Source of the DNA: Eledone cirrhosa
Lineage: Eukaryota
Direction: 5' to 3'
Length of the DNA: 64,000 nucleotides
Assembly: GCA_964016885.1 (NCBI GenBank)
Contig: OZ024742.1
Coordinates: 237,584,001 to 237,648,000, forward strand
The notes under the pieces are model-generated. The model was not told the origin of the DNA and made no database searches. It saw only the letters and a list, made by a program, of their open reading frames with translations. The translations under genes were made by a program, and so were the position numbers. This document shows positions 1-13,537 of this stretch, piece by piece. Positions within the stretch are counted from its first letter, which is position 1, and each line of letters opens with the position of its first letter.

Positions 1-471
1 CCTACCATACTCTGAACGCCTTGCTTCCCTGGGCATGGATTCATTGAAGCTCCGACGTCTGGCAATGGACTTGGTAAACACCCACAAAGTTATTAACCAT
101 CTCGTCAATTGCAACCCTGAGCACCTTTTTGATCTCCATGTGTCTAACACACGTGGACATGCCTACAAAATCAGAAAACAGCACAGCTCCCATGACTTTC
201 GTAGACATTTTTTCACGCTCAGAGTTGCTGAAGCATGGAACAAACTGCCTGCGTCAGTTGTTAGCTGCCGAGACACTGCATCCTTTAAGACACTCATGCT
301 TCCCGAAATACGCCAAAACTACACCCGATGTACCCCTTCCATACACATGCACACATGTGTGTATCATGACTCGTGCACTGTTCATTTTACTGATGTTTGT
401 GCATTGCCCTATGTACTGTACATGCACTTTTTTGATGAGTTGTGGTGTACCTGGGCACTGTATACAATATT

Positions 472-504
<33 letters not shown>

Positions 505-610
505 CATGACTCATACACTGTTCATTTTCCTGACATTTGTACATTATTCTATGTACTATACATGCACCTTTGATGAGTTGTAGTGCACCTGAGCACTGTA
601 CACAATAATT

Positions 611-647
<37 letters not shown>
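1..647 (+). mobile_element. 3' end of a CR1/L2-group LINE (ORF2 C-terminus plus a duplicated 3' UTR with two (ATT)n tails)
   Basis: ORF 35..583 begins LRRLAMDL...TRGHAYKI...RRHFFTLRVAEAWNKLPASVV, the typical CR1-group ORF2 C-terminal motif. (ATT)n tails at about 473-501 and 613-646. Confidence 0.8.
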
Positions 648-649
648 CA

Positions 650-3047
650 GAAAAAAATTGCGAACAGAAAAAATTGCCAAAACGTATAGATGTGTCAAAG
701 CTGCAAAGTGTAGAAATGTGAGATGCTCTTCAAAATGGACTTGACAATGTCGTCTTTGATGGAACTTGAGAACAGTTTAAAACACAGGTTTACAGTGGTG
801 GGGTTGATGTATTTGCTCTTAAGAAGACAAAATACAGAAACTGGTTCGATGACAATGATGCTGCAATCACCATGCTCATTGACGAAAAGAACAAGCTGTT
901 GTAGAGAGTCAAGTGAAGACCACTTTTGAGAAAGCTTTCAAAGAAGAAAAATCAAAGCTGTAATGTAAAACACGAAAGATAAAGAACAACTGGTGATCTG
1001 AAATTTCAGCAGAGATGCAGAGGGCTTATAACTGCAAATATGTGAAGGCAATATGCAGCACAATAAAGCAATTTTGTTATCCACAACCCTAAAAAATGGC
1101 ATAATTAAAATAAAAAGATGGGAACGTCCTCATCAAAGATCTAGCAGGTATCATAAGTCGGTGGACTGAACACTTTAAAGATCTATTTGACAACCCATCT
1201 GTAGTTGAAGAGGAAATTATAAATGGACTGCCGCAAAAGGAGACTCTAACAGAGATGGTGAATAATCTGACCTTTGATGAGATAAGGTCAATTATCAAAG
1301 AGATAAACATAGGGAAAGCTCCAGGTTTGAATGGGATACCTGTTAAGTTGATTAGCTTTGAAGGAGACAATGTTGCTATGGCCATTCATGGGCTAGTCTT
1401 ATCTGTATGGCATGGCATAGCGAGCCTGTCCCGCAAGACTGGGCAGATGTAATTTTGATCTCGATTTACAAGGGCAAGAGGTCCAAGTCGGAATGCGGTG
1501 ATTATCGTGGTGTAAGTCTGTTCGAATCGATAGAAAAAGTGTTATCCGAGATCTTGCTGAATTGTTTAATAAAATGGATCAGCCCTGGTGCCATCCCTGA
1601 GACCCAGTGTGGATTCAGAGCTGGCTGGGGTACTATGAACATGATTTTCTCAGCCTTATCGAGAACTACGTTGAGCAGCAAGTGCCACTAAACCAAATAT
1701 TTGTGGACCTCATACTGGACTTGATACTGTTAATCGTAGTGCATTGTGGGTCATATTGGGGAAACTTGGATGCCTTCATGAGTTTGTTTGGATATTCAGA
1801 AAACTCCATTAAAATATGAAAGCAAAAGTGAACTTCAATTGGACACTTTCAGAGCCAATTTAGGTGGAAAAGGTGTCAAGAAAGGTGACATATCTGCACC
1901 CACTCTGTTACCCATTTACTTTGCCGTACTACTGACATATGCCTTCCAAGACTTCGATATCGATGCATACTTGCGAAATCATTAATCTAAGATGGTTTAA
2001 CACCAAGCCCAAAACATTTGGTACTCTTGTTAGGGAGTTCCTGTATGCTGATGATGCAGTAGAGGACATGCAGTTTATACTGGACACCTTTTCCAATGCA
2101 TGCACTGTGTTTGGGCTAAATATTAATATATAAAAGACACAGGTCATGTACACTTCACCAGTTGGGAAAGTGTATGTGGAGCTAAACATTTTCGTGAAAA
2201 GAAAAATACTTGAGGAGGTGGACAGCTTGTGTATCTTGGAAGTACACTTAGAAGAGATGGTACCCTCGATGCTGAAATAGATCACAGGATTGCGAAAGCA
2301 ATTTTTCCTTCGGGAAGCTTGAGAAGCGATTCCGGTCAAATAGGAGTATCATGAAAAACACAAAACTCTCTGTGTATGAGGCCTGTGTTCTTACAGCCCT
2401 GCTATGCGGAGGCGAAATGTGGACAACTTACAGGCACCATATCAGGCAGTTGGAAAGATTTCATCAGCATTGTATACAACGCATCCTGAACATCAAGTAA
2501 TACACTTACGCACCTGATGCTGCAGTACTTGAGAAAGAGGGTAACAACATTATTGAGAGGAGGATTATTATGAACCAGATGCGTTGAACTGATAATGTCG
2601 TCAGGATGGAAGATGGAAGGCTGCCTAAACAGTTATTTTATGGGGAGCTGGCCAGAGGAAAAAGGCCACAGTATAAACCAAAGAAGCGGTTTAATGATGT
2701 TATAAAAGACAATCTTAAAGCGCTGAAGATTGATATGTAGAACTGGGAGAGATTGGCTGAAAGCCTTATATCATTGAGAAAGATCATCAAATATGGATAT
2801 GAAAAAGCGAGTGGAGCAGGCTGGGTTGATGCGTCCGCTTCGTAAGCGGAACTCAAGTGCAGTGCTTGCAAACATTCAGCAGGAATTGAGGTGCAATATA
2901 TGTAGTCGATTTCTTCTAACAAGAGCTGGTTTTGTTAACCATCTGAAATCAAACGAGCTGGGGAGAAATCGAACCAAATGTGAGAAGGTTCTACCACACT
3001 CAACGGTACATTTGCAAGTCAGCGGGTTGACTGACAAGGCATGGTAA
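650..3047 (+). mobile_element. Degenerate RTE-clade LINE (RT plus C-terminal C2H2 finger), many stops and frameshifts
   Basis: Fragments GKAPGLNGIP, YRGVSL, PETQCGFRAG, GVKKGDISAPTL, FLYADD, RLPKQLFYGEL, CNICSR...VNH. Confidence 0.85.
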
Positions 3048-3319
3048 AATGCATTATATATATATATACATACATATATATATATATTTATTTAGGTTTG
3101 TTGGTTCACCACTGGATAGAATTAGTCATTCCGTCTGGTCAATCTCGATGTAATATTATGGAGAGTACTCAACGTAATGCAGCTCACCCGTCTTTGTTTG
3201 TGTAGTTGGTGGTGCGAGTACGGAGTTAATTATTATAATAAAATAACAGGAGGCTGGACTTGTGTAAATCCTTGAAAGGTTTATTATACTATGATCACTT
3301 CAATGACCGAGTTCCGTAT

Positions 3320-3594
3320 GAATCCGGTGATATCATCAGGTATTCGAAATATAATAAATGAATGTAACAAATAAAATCCATGGGGCTTATTTTTTTCTCT
3401 TTGATGTGTGTGTGTGTGTGTGTGTGTGGGGGGGGGGGTAGTAGTACATTATAAGCCAACACTTGAGGGCGACCGACTAAAGTAGAACATGCTAGATGGT
3501 CGGTCGTCCTCTTGTCTATGATTTTCAGCCCCATGGAATTTATCTGTTATATTCCTTTGTTATATTTCGAATACCTGATGTTATCACCGGATTC
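3320..3594. mobile_element. MITE-like element with about 65-bp imperfect terminal inverted repeats
   Basis: GAATCCGGTGATATCATCAGGTATTCGAAATATAA... at 3320 is mirrored by ...TTATATTTCGAATACCTGATGTTATCACCGGATTC ending at 3594; TCCATGGGG/CCCCATGGA extends the match. Confidence 0.55.
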
Positions 3595-4109
3595 TTTTTA
3601 TAAAAAGAAAGAAAGAAAGAAAGAAAGAAAGCGAAGAAAAAGAAGAAATGCATGCAACGAAAAACAGAGATAGATAGATATAGAGAGATAGATAGAGAGA
3701 AGAAATTCATGTAAAGAAAAAACAGAGAGAGATAGATAGAGAGAGAAAAAAACACAGAGGGAGATAGATAGAGAGAGAGAGAAGAGAGAGAGAGAAAAAA
3801 TAGAGAGAGATAGATATAGATAGAGAGAAAGAAAATAGGTAGTTGGGCACCAGTTGAATGACGTATCAATGATATATTTATTTATTTATTTATTTATTTA
3901 GTTCTAGTATTAAGGTAGAGAGAGATATATGTGGTTAGGAGAGAAAACAGCCGTTACATAGAGAGAAAAGAAAAATATCCAGAGATAAACGAGGCAGATT
4001 TAAAACATTATGTTTCATCAATCTAAAAATATCAATTCGTATGAATTAGGTATTATAATGTAAATATCAGTATTCATGAATGAGACACGTATCAATAATG
4101 TGTGAAAAA

Positions 4110-4283
4110 TAATTGTTTCTACTTTTGGCACAAGGCCAGCAATTATTCCAGTGCATTACTGGTACTTTATTTTATCGACCCCGTAAGGATGAAAGGCAAA
4201 GTTAACCTCGGCGGGATTTGAACTCAGATCATAAAGGGAGGTAACTCTATGCTTCAAAGCATGGCGTCCGACGATTACCGATA
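4110..4283 (-). mobile_element. tRNA-derived SINE (family A, central GCCTTTCATCCTTACGGGGTCGATAAAATAAAGTACCAG domain)
   Basis: Homologous to about 9 other copies in the window; B-box GAGTTCAAATCC; TSD TGAAAAATAAT at 4103-4113 and 4284-4294. Confidence 0.85.
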
Positions 4284-4694
4284 TGAAAAATAATGATCAT
4301 ATGTCTAGTTTAAAATTCCTAGGTTTATAAACAGAACTGAGATAAAAAAATTAGATAAAAGACTGAGATAAAAAAACTGAGATAAAAAACTTCAAAAAAA
4401 AAATTGAAATACATAAGTATATATGCACTTTCATGAAAAAAGAAAAAGAAAATAGAAGGTTATCCCAGATTCGATACTATAGACTTCCATGTGAATTTAC
4501 GTGATCAACTCTGCAAATTCCTATTTTACATGAAAACATTCTTATTGTGCTATAAAAATTCTAGTATACATATATGTGTACATACACACAAATATATATA
4601 GAATCTACATTAATTTTAACAATACTATTCTTGTCTTGGAAGTTGAAGTTGTAAGGTATGTCAAATCTATCTATTTATAAGACTGTTTATATTG

Positions 4695-4760
4695 TATTTT
4701 GTCTGATGAAAGCATACCATATTTTTAATATGATATCCCTGAAATATATATAATGAAATA
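4695..4760 (+). ncRNA. Type I hammerhead ribozyme motif (minimal, palindromic stem III)
   Basis: TATTTTGT-CTGATGA-(stem II containing CATATT/AATATG)-GAAA-TATATA-TA-ATGAAATA. Confidence 0.55.
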
Positions 4761-4886
4761 AATATGGTTTTATAAATATAGTTTCCATTTATTTAATATC
4801 GTAAATATACTCCAAATACTTGTTGAGTGCTTTTATATCAGTTATAAATATTTACTCGTTGTAACCCAACAATTTAAATAAAACTT

Positions 4887-4963
<77 letters not shown>

Positions 4964-5289
4964 ACATATCGGTGCATTTGCAAGTCATGTATGTACCAGA
5001 GGGTGCAAGTCTTTGACTGATTTAAAGAGCCACATTCGCGCCTCACATTTTTGAGCATTTTATCAGGCGATGGCAATGCGCGAACATGAGTTTATATATA
5101 TATATTTATATACTATAAAGTATGTCCATAGAATCATTTGATAATATATATACATCATTTCCTCTCACAATTAGTATAATCAACCACGCAAAAAACCAAT
5201 TAAACCAGGCTATAAGATTAAAAGGCACCTATGAAGAAATAGTAGATAAATAACCGACAGCAATATATTCGCGATATAGATATACATGT

Positions 5290-5337
<48 letters not shown>

Positions 5338-5469
5338 GCATATATACAAGAAAAGAGTAACACTTTGACAAACTGCTCAGTTGCTCGCATGTGTGCGTGC
5401 TGAATTCTGGGTCTTTCCGCTGGGAACAAGCCCTTGTTCCCCCCCCCTCTCTTTTTTTTTGTGTGTACA

Positions 5470-8400
5470 CTCATTCATTTACTGCCATTCTACCTTCCTG
5501 TGTCTCCCCCTCCATGCAGCCCCTTTTCGCTCTCGTTTCCTGGCATCTCCATATATATATAGGTGATCTATGCTGCCCTCTTACCAGCACTTTCCCTTCC
5601 AACAACACACACCAGCCACCCACCCCTGATGCCGCTCGGTGCCCCAGTCCCCGGCCCCACGCCCCATCCCCCACCCTCCAAATCGACACCTGCAGCACTT
5701 GCGGCACTACTAACAAACGGAAGAGGGGCCGGAACTGTTTGGGTGCGGCTGCTTCCACCACCTCACCTGCGTTGGCTTGACTCGTCGAGCTTCCAATGCT
5801 CTCGCAGCGTGGGGGTGCAGGAGCTGCCTCTTCCCCACATCTTCCCAGCCACGGCCGTCTGGCACACCACCAGATGGGACAGCGAGCTTGCCTGACGCCC
5901 GAGCCTCGCTGGTCAACATCGCTCGGCTCAGGATCCCGAGAGCGGCACGGGTGCCGGTAGCCGATGCCCTCGCTTCCTCGATTGAGAGCGCCCTGGACTC
6001 CAATCGAGCCAGTGACTGGGAGCGGCTGTTCTATTTCTCCCACTCGCCCTCGGCCTCCCCAATTCTGACCCTGACCGGGGCGGCCGGTCAACAGCAGCCT
6101 TCGTCAAGGCCAATGTCTCGTTATTTGGGCGAGCGCCCATTCCAAGCGTGCCCAGGGACGCCACACACCCCACCCTCAGGTACCCCTATCCTCCACCCCC
6201 GAGCCCAGCGCCAAACGTTTGCGTGCCCAGGTAAACGCAAAGCTTATCATGGGTGATGTCTCGGCCGCAGTCAGAGTTGTTGCCACAGAGGACACTGTCC
6301 TCCAACGCACCGAGGAGATCCTGGCTGCTCTGCGGCTCAAACACCCTGAGCTACCCACTGATCTCTAACCCATACCCCCACCCGACCTCCACCTGCTCCT
6401 TGTGGCTGCTGATGCAGATATCATGTCCGCCATCAGGTCCTTCCCAGCTAGCAGCTGCGGAGGTGTTGATGGTCTCCGACCAGGCCACCTCAAGGAGTTG
6501 ACATTCCCCCTCTCCTCTGAGGCCGGGAGCCGCCTTCTGAGTGCAATTGTGGCGCTCACCAATAGGCCCATTCATGGTGCCCTCGACCCTTACGCCCGAG
6601 GCCTCTTTTTTTCGGCCAGCCTCACCGTTCTCAGGAAGAAAGAGGGTGGCATACGCCCCATTGCTGTGGGCAATGTCTTCCGGAGGCTGGCTGCCAAGGT
6701 GATCTGCAAGTCCGTCACACACGAACTGGGTGAGGAGTTTAGTCCGGTGCAACTGGGTATCGGCGTGTCCGGTGGCTGTGAGGGAGCCTCTCATGCAATC
6801 AGGCAGTTCTTCAGCAGCTGCCCATCGGTACCGGCATCCAGGGACTCCAGGCACCTCATTGTCAAGCTTGACATGAGGAATGCCTTTAACTCTTTACGCC
6901 GGGATCATCTGCTCGAGGCCTGCCTCAGCCGAGCCCCCTCTGCCTACCCGCTGTCCTACCTGTCATATGGAGCCCCGAGCATGCTCCTAGCTGCTGATAC
7001 GGTCATACTCTCGGCTACTGGGGTCCAACAGGGCGACCCTTTGGTACCCCTCCTGTTTGCCCTTGGTATTGACCACATCGCCCGGAGTATCACGGCCCCT
7101 CTCAACGTTTGGTATCTGGATGATGCTACGTTGGGCGGGCCCGTACGGACGGTCTGCCAAGACCTTCAATCGGTGATTCCTACCCTGGCGGGAATCGGCC
7201 TCCCGGTCAACTCGGCCAAGTCGGAGGTGTGAACGTCAGCCTCGATGCTATGAGCTTTGCAGCCTCCGCCTTGGACGTGCGGTCCATTCTCCGCCCAGGT
7301 TCAGGTGACCTCCAAAGAGGATGTCCTCATCCTCGGGTCACCGATCCACCCGCCGGCCATCCGCTCCACCATCAGGTCCAGGCTTCAACAGCTCCAGACT
7401 CTTATGAGCCGACTGGGCTTGATTGACGGCCACCCAGCTCTCTTTCTGCTGAGGAACTGCTTCACCATGCCGAAGCTCCTCTATACACTCTGCAGCGCTC
7501 CATGCTACACCCAGACATCTCTCCTCGCTGACCTCGATACTTGTATCCGAGCAGCAGCCGAGGGGATATGCAACGTCAAGTTTGACGACATAGAGTGGCA
7601 ACAGGCCACTTTACCGGTCAGGTATGGCGGCCTAGGCCTCCGGTCCCCGATCCCACTAGCTTTGCCGGCGTATCTTTCGTCGGTAACCTCGTGCCGCGCC
7701 CTCGTCAGCAGGGTTCTTCAAAACGCAACAGAACCCTCTGTGTTCAAAGAACGCTAGGCCGCCTGTGAGACGTGGGACCGGCTGGGACTTAGCCCAGTAG
7801 ACGTCCCTCCTCCTTTTCCCCCCTGTTGACGTCAAGTCCCCCCAACGCACTTGGGATGCCATCCAGTGCAGCCTGGCCTCAGACAGGCTCACGCGCCAGC
7901 TCGACCAGCACCGCCTTGCTTGTTTTCGTGCCGCCTCCAAACCCCACAGTGGTGCCTGGCTCCATGCTCTGCCCTCCTTCGTCACTGGCACGCAGCTAGA
8001 CAACCATAGCCTGCGAATCGGCGTTTCCCTGAGGCTCGGCCTCCGGATCTGCCAGCCACACCAATGTCGCTGTGGTTCCACCGTGGACTCTTTCGGCCTC
8101 CACCCGCTTTCCTGTCGCCACAGTGCCGGCCGCATTCCACGCCATGCTGCCCTCAACGAGGTCATTAAGCATGGCTTGGACGCTGCAGGCTTCCCTTCCC
8201 AGCTCGAGCCGGTGGAGCTGGATCGAGGGGACGGCAAAAGGCCAGATGGTACGACCATCTTCCCGTTCCGCGGTGGCAAACCCCTCGTCTGGGATGCCAC
8301 TTGCACCGACACTTTCTGCAGCCGTAACCTGGTGCAGTCTGCGACTGACCCAGGTTCTGCTGCACGTCGGGCCGAGGGGGCCAAACTCCTCAAATACCGG

Positions 8401-8750
8401 TCGCTCTCCGACAGGTTTGCGGTCGTACCCCTGGCAGTGTAGACTTCTGGTGTCCTCGGCCCCAGAGCTACCTCCTTACTCACCACCATAGGCGCTGAGC
8501 TGGCCAGCCGTAGGTGTGAGCCCCGCAAGTTGGAGTGGCTCTTCCAGCGCGTCTCCCTTGCCGTCCTCTGGGGAAACGCCTTCTCCATTCTGTCCACCGA
8601 GGATGTGGGTGGGCCCCATCGCGTACCATTACATTAGTTAAATACCATTCTTTCATCTCATCCATATATATACTGTCTAGTTAGCTACTCCTACTTTATT
8701 AATGGCTTTGTTGTTTCATGTCAAATAAACATTATGACTACATTACATTA
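5470..8750 (+). mobile_element. CRE-clade non-LTR retrotransposon (RT plus RLE endonuclease), near full length, inactivated by a few stops and frameshifts
   Basis: GIRPIAVGNVFRRL, QLGIGVSGGCE, KLDMRNAFNS, GVQQGDPL, WYLDD, LPVRYGGLG; CCHC motif followed by RHAALNE...GKRPDG...WDAT (RLE). Stops at 7230, 7755 and 8440. Ends approximate. Confidence 0.85.
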
Positions 8751-9181
8751 AAAATTAGTCTTTACTCTAAATTATGCTTGGACAATAGAATTGACCATCA
8801 CCCGCATTACTAAAAAATACATAAGTTAAAATACATTATCAAATACAATGGTCATAAAAAGTATAACTTTTTAAAGTGGATCGAGGTTTATGTCATATAA
8901 AAACACCATACACACAAAGAATCAAAATAATGCAATAGAACCCTGTTATGGTAAATGTCAAATCCAATGAGAATTAAGCAAAAGAGAATTGAGGCATCCT
9001 TTCATTTGCAATTAATAAATACTCCCGCAATTCTAAAACCATATGATAACCTCTAAAAGTTTTGAAGAGCAAGCTGAAATATGTATGAGGATTTATATCT
9101 ATAATTGTTACATTGTGGATCGTCATGCTGCTGTACACACACACACACACACATATATGTGTATGGGTGTGTGTGTGTCTG

Positions 9182-9253
<72 letters not shown>

Positions 9254-9330
9254 CCTAATACCAACAGTGTTCGTACTGCACTCTTTATTATTGTTTTTGT
9301 TTTTTACTTTTATATATACATGTATATATG

Positions 9331-9368
<38 letters not shown>

Positions 9369-9623
9369 TTAGTTTGCTCTCCAAAGACTTTAGAGGTTAT
9401 CATATATATATGTGTGGGGGAGGGGGCGTGCGTGTGTGTGTGTGTTTTTGTGTGTGTATACATCCAAACATATATTTATATATATCCATATATATTCTCA
9501 TTAATGTGATGTAACAGCCATATAGAACAATCCCAAACAAAGAGATCAAATCAAGCGTTTCAGCCAAATGCCACAACGTCGGCCTCTATAACTGCCTAAC
9601 GAAAACAAACAAAAGTCACGGCC

Positions 9624-9714
9624 ATGGCAACTTCTAAGGGGGACAGCACAGATAGTGACAGTGACGGAAACGGAAGTGTTACTTCGGAAGAAGGAAATGA
9701 CATTATTTGTAAAG
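9624..9714 (+). CDS. Candidate host exon (ATG in GCCATGG context, donor AAG|GTAATA)
   Basis: Non-repetitive island. Reads MATSKGDSTDSDSDGNGSVTSEEGNDIICK, or ...EMTLFVK in the phase-0 frame. No recognisable family. Confidence 0.3.
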
Positions 9715-10659
9715 GTAATATCTCTCTTGGGGCTGTTTTCTGGCTGTGAAAATTTCTCATTCACGCACACACACACATTCACACACACACACACACACAC
9801 AGGTACACACATAGGTACACACACACATACACACACGTTACGTTTGTGTGTTTGGAAACAAATATTGTAGTTTCTAACATTTTTTCGGTATAGATCCCTG
9901 GAGAATATTGACGTAAATGTTTTTGGTAAAATATTATGTCACGGTACGTGTTCAATTTTTGTGAGACCTGGTGTAATTTTTTTAACGACGGTGCTTCAAG
10001 TTTTTACAATCTTACTACCTTACCACGTCAAAATCCTATACAGCGCACATACATTACATTTGTGTCTATATTTATGTCTCGTATCGATGATAAAAGATCA
10101 ATAAAATGAGTACCAGGCTTTCAAAAAAGATCTGATGGTGCCCAGCATAGCTACAGTTTAACGACTGCATCTAGTAGATACATATAAAAATACATATACA
10201 TTCACTCAGACATGACTATATTTCCTTTATTTCTTACCATATGTTGTTGTTATTGTTGTTTATCACCGAGTCAATTTATATGAAGCAATGATACTACAAC
10301 TGTGACCAACCACTTCGTCTTTTTGCATGTCAAAGATTAATTGTTGAATGTGTTTTTTAAAGATATCAAAATGTGTCTTGGGGGAAATTTGGTTGCAATT
10401 TCTAGCATGCTGAGCAACCATGTATCGGTTTCCATTTTGGTTTCTTTTGTATCGACTGAACAGATCCATTATAAATAGCATTCCAGCCATGGCTCTCCCG
10501 TTTTTATTTTAGATAGTGAATCTATGGCTATATTACCTAATATGTCCCCCTTTTTTTAAGTCGGAAGGAGATAGTTCGAAGGTGGTTTGACTACCTTTTC
10601 TAGTAGGTCAAACGTTGGAATGGACCTTCGCCGATTTTAACGATGAGTACAAACGAATA

Positions 10660-10880
10660 TTCAACAAACTCGTGTATTTTTAACGTAATTTTTAGGGAGA
10701 TTCAGCGTGACAAAGTAGGGAAAAGCTATCACTTTGAATTAGAGGTATAATCCATCCGATGGCTTCCAAATTCACGCACAAGGCTATCGTAAAAGATACT
10801 TGCAGAACATGCCACGCAGAGAGACCGAACACGGGACCTTACGATTGCGAAGCGACTTTTTAACCATTCAACTCTGTGGC
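10660..10880 (-). mobile_element. Degenerate tRNA-derived SINE (family B)
   Basis: Reverse complement contains TGGTTAAAAGTCGCTTCGCAATC...GTTCGGTCTC...GCAAGTATCTT, like the copy at 11590. Confidence 0.55.
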
Positions 10881-11589
10881 ATCCACACAACGTCCGTTTT
10901 ATTTTAAACAGTGTATCTACTATGAGAATATACCCAATATGTCCCTTCCCTCTTTTAAGATTTCAGGATATTTTGACTACTTTATCTAGCAGGTCGAGCA
11001 TTGGCTTGACTTTTCACACTGTTTGGAATTCTTAAAAATATTTTTTCTTAATTCTTTAATGACAAATGTACACTATAGAACGCATACATGGTTGTTTGGT
11101 TAGGAGTGGTTAATAACTTTGCTTCGCAACAAGATTTCGGAATCGATCCCAATATGAAACAACCCTGAAAAGGTTTTCTAGTATTGCCTTCTGTAGTTCA
11201 AAACCGTTTAATCAGAATTCGGTTGAGAAGCCTGTCAAGGGAACGGTTAATGTTCTTTCTTGTGCAGTAGGCTTAATTCAACACCCGATCTAAAACCACC
11301 ACATGGCTTAAGGTATGGGGGGTACTTTTAGAGAAATCCACGCTGTTGCAAACATTTAGACCAGCTTTGTGGTCTGGAGATAAGTACCCCCCTTCTCCCA
11401 CGAATCTCGGAAAGCCTGAATAAGAACGTGGCTACTGTTATTTCTCCTAATACGAACCTGTTAAAAATGATTAGGGTTTGCTTGTTTATAAAGTTAACAT
11501 TGTAGTCAATATAGGCAGAGTTTTATATGCACTAAACGCTCGTTATCACGTGCTTCTATGACGTTGAATAATCAAAAAGTATAGACAAA

Positions 11590-11935
11590 GCATGACCAAA
11601 TGGTTAAGAAGTTCGCTTCGCAATCGTAATGTCCGGAGTTCAATCCCATTCAGTGGCATCTTTGTCAAGTGTCATTTACCATAATCTCAAGTGGATCGGA
11701 GCATTGTGAGAGAAATCGGGTAAACCTAAACAGTTTGAAAGTCCGTGGGATAGATAGCATCTATAATTGAAAGGGCCAGCCTTATCGCACAAAGACACAC
11801 TTTTATATTTAATAGCCCAGAGAATTATGTTAAGGGTACATGTCTTTGTCGAATACTCAGCGACTAGCACGTTAATTTTGCAAGCAAACTGTTTCATTCA
11901 TCGAACAACTCATCGTTGAAACCCACGGATGTCTA
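11590..11935 (+). mobile_element. tRNA-derived SINE (family B, CORE-like); a related fragment lies at about 11085-11240
   Basis: A box AATGGTTAAG, B box GAGTTCAATCCC, then TTTGTCAAGTGTC; 3' body homologous to 10660-10760 and 22680-22850. Confidence 0.65.
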
Positions 11936-12098
11936 TCCACATATACATGCTGTGAAGACGCGTCACCATGTTACGCCCATGCATGCCTAAGTACGAAACT
12001 CTAGTTGCTACAATTTGTTTAATAATCGACCTGTGAATGGACTCATCACTCATCTGTCATTCAGTTTAATGTATGACATTTTATCTTGCTTCGTACAG

Positions 12099-12193
12099 AA
12101 AATATCACTGGAAAATACCAAAGTATTAGATATATATTTATATTTTGATACAAACGTCTACGGGGCAGATAATATATTCTCCTCAGAGATTAT
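12099..12193 (+). CDS. Candidate internal host exon (KISLENTKVLDIYLYFDTNVYGADNIFSSEI)
   Basis: Acceptor TTTTATCTTGCTTCGTACAG|, donor |GTATGT, open in phase 0. Confidence 0.3.
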
Positions 12194-12235
12194 GTATGTG
12201 CGCATGATGTATATGTATGTGTGTCTGTATACATA

Positions 12236-12323
<88 letters not shown>

Positions 12324-12527
12324 CTTATGGTTTTATAATTTCACAAATTGTTTACCAATAGAGAGAGAGTCGGTTTCTAACATAGACACAAGACTCTCTC
12401 ATTGGAATTTACACACCATCAACTAAGTGGATAATGTACGCATGCATTTATGTGTGGATGTGTATGTTTTGAGTTGTATGTGTGCATGTGTATATGCTTT
12501 GTATCTGTACATGTGTATATGCAGTTA

Positions 12528-12872
12528 TTAGATGCACATTTTTTTTGAATGTTTTACATATTTTACTGTTCCATTAATGGATTGTACTTGTAGTTTCCTA
12601 ACTAGTTGTGTTCTTTCTGTTCCTGTGAAGCCTAACTTCTCAAAATTTGTATTGAGACAGTTACTAACATACCCCAGTGCCCCAATAATCACAGGCATAA
12701 ATCTGAAGGTGTAATCAGGGTGGAGTATCTTCAGATTTCTCATCAGTTCTGCATAAATATTCTCCTTTTCGCTAATCTTTGATATTATATTGGCATCTGC
12801 TGGGCAGCTAATTTCTACTACTGTGCGTGCTTTCTTCTCCCTGTCCCATATCATAATATCTGGTCTGTTATG
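12528..12872 (-). mobile_element. 3' fragment (RLE domain) of an R4/Dong/NeSL-type retrotransposon
   Basis: NRPDIMIWDREKK...VVEISCPADANI...EKENIY..L...PVIIGALG. Confidence 0.75.
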
Positions 12873-13524
12873 CCTGCATTAAGTTTGAGCAATGCGTGTT
12901 GCATTAGTTGGTAGTAGCTCACAGTGGATGACTCCAATGCAATCCCACCAAACAGAAAGAAGGACCATTTTTGCATGGAGATCCGTTTTGGGTTGTGGTT
13001 TAACCTGTTCTCCACTACTAAGCCATTGTCTGCTTCGTTTAGGATTTTCATAAAAGATCCATTTGTCATTACCAGTCACTAATCTGTTCAAAAACGGTGA
13101 GATATGTTTGCGCGAGTGAAGAGATTAGCAGACATCCACTCGTGATTCTCGGTTGGCCTCTGTCAAATCACGGGGAACCCATTTTCTGAGTGAGGAAAAC
13201 ATTCCAAGCTGTTGAAGACGGCGATGAACAGTTGAATGGCTTAAATTGAGCTTGTTTGCCAATTCTTCACCTGCCACAGCATTATCCTTTTAAAGTCTTG
13301 ACAAAAGAAGCTCATCATTAAATTCAACAGGACTCCTATTCGTGGCTCATTTCTTTGGCTGAAATCCCCATTTTAAAACTTTGCAAACCATCTCCTGCAA
13401 CCGCTTTCATTCAGTCACTCTTCCCATAAACAGAATGGAGTTTTTGGGTTGCTTCTGCTGCACTCTTTCCTTTTTTGAACTCATGAAGTATTATGTGCCT
13501 TAAATGCTCTTTCGTCACGTCCAT
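12873..13524 (-). pseudogene. Mariner (DD34D-family) transposase, N-terminal two-thirds, decayed
   Basis: Starts MDVTKEHLRHIILHEFKKGKSAAEAT; WVPR motif; RLVTGNDKWIFYENPKR; KMVLLSVWWDCIGVIHCELL. Confidence 0.85.
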
Positions 13525-13537
13525 CTTTGAGGGTTAA

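Noticed and set aside
7656-8597. 313-aa antisense ORF, and other overlapping ORFs in the CRE and Tx1 elements
   Set aside because: Shadow ORFs of GC-rich retrotransposon coding sequence.
11590-11660. tRNA gene
   Set aside because: The A and B boxes are SINE heads; there is no complete cloverleaf and the sequence continues into the SINE body.
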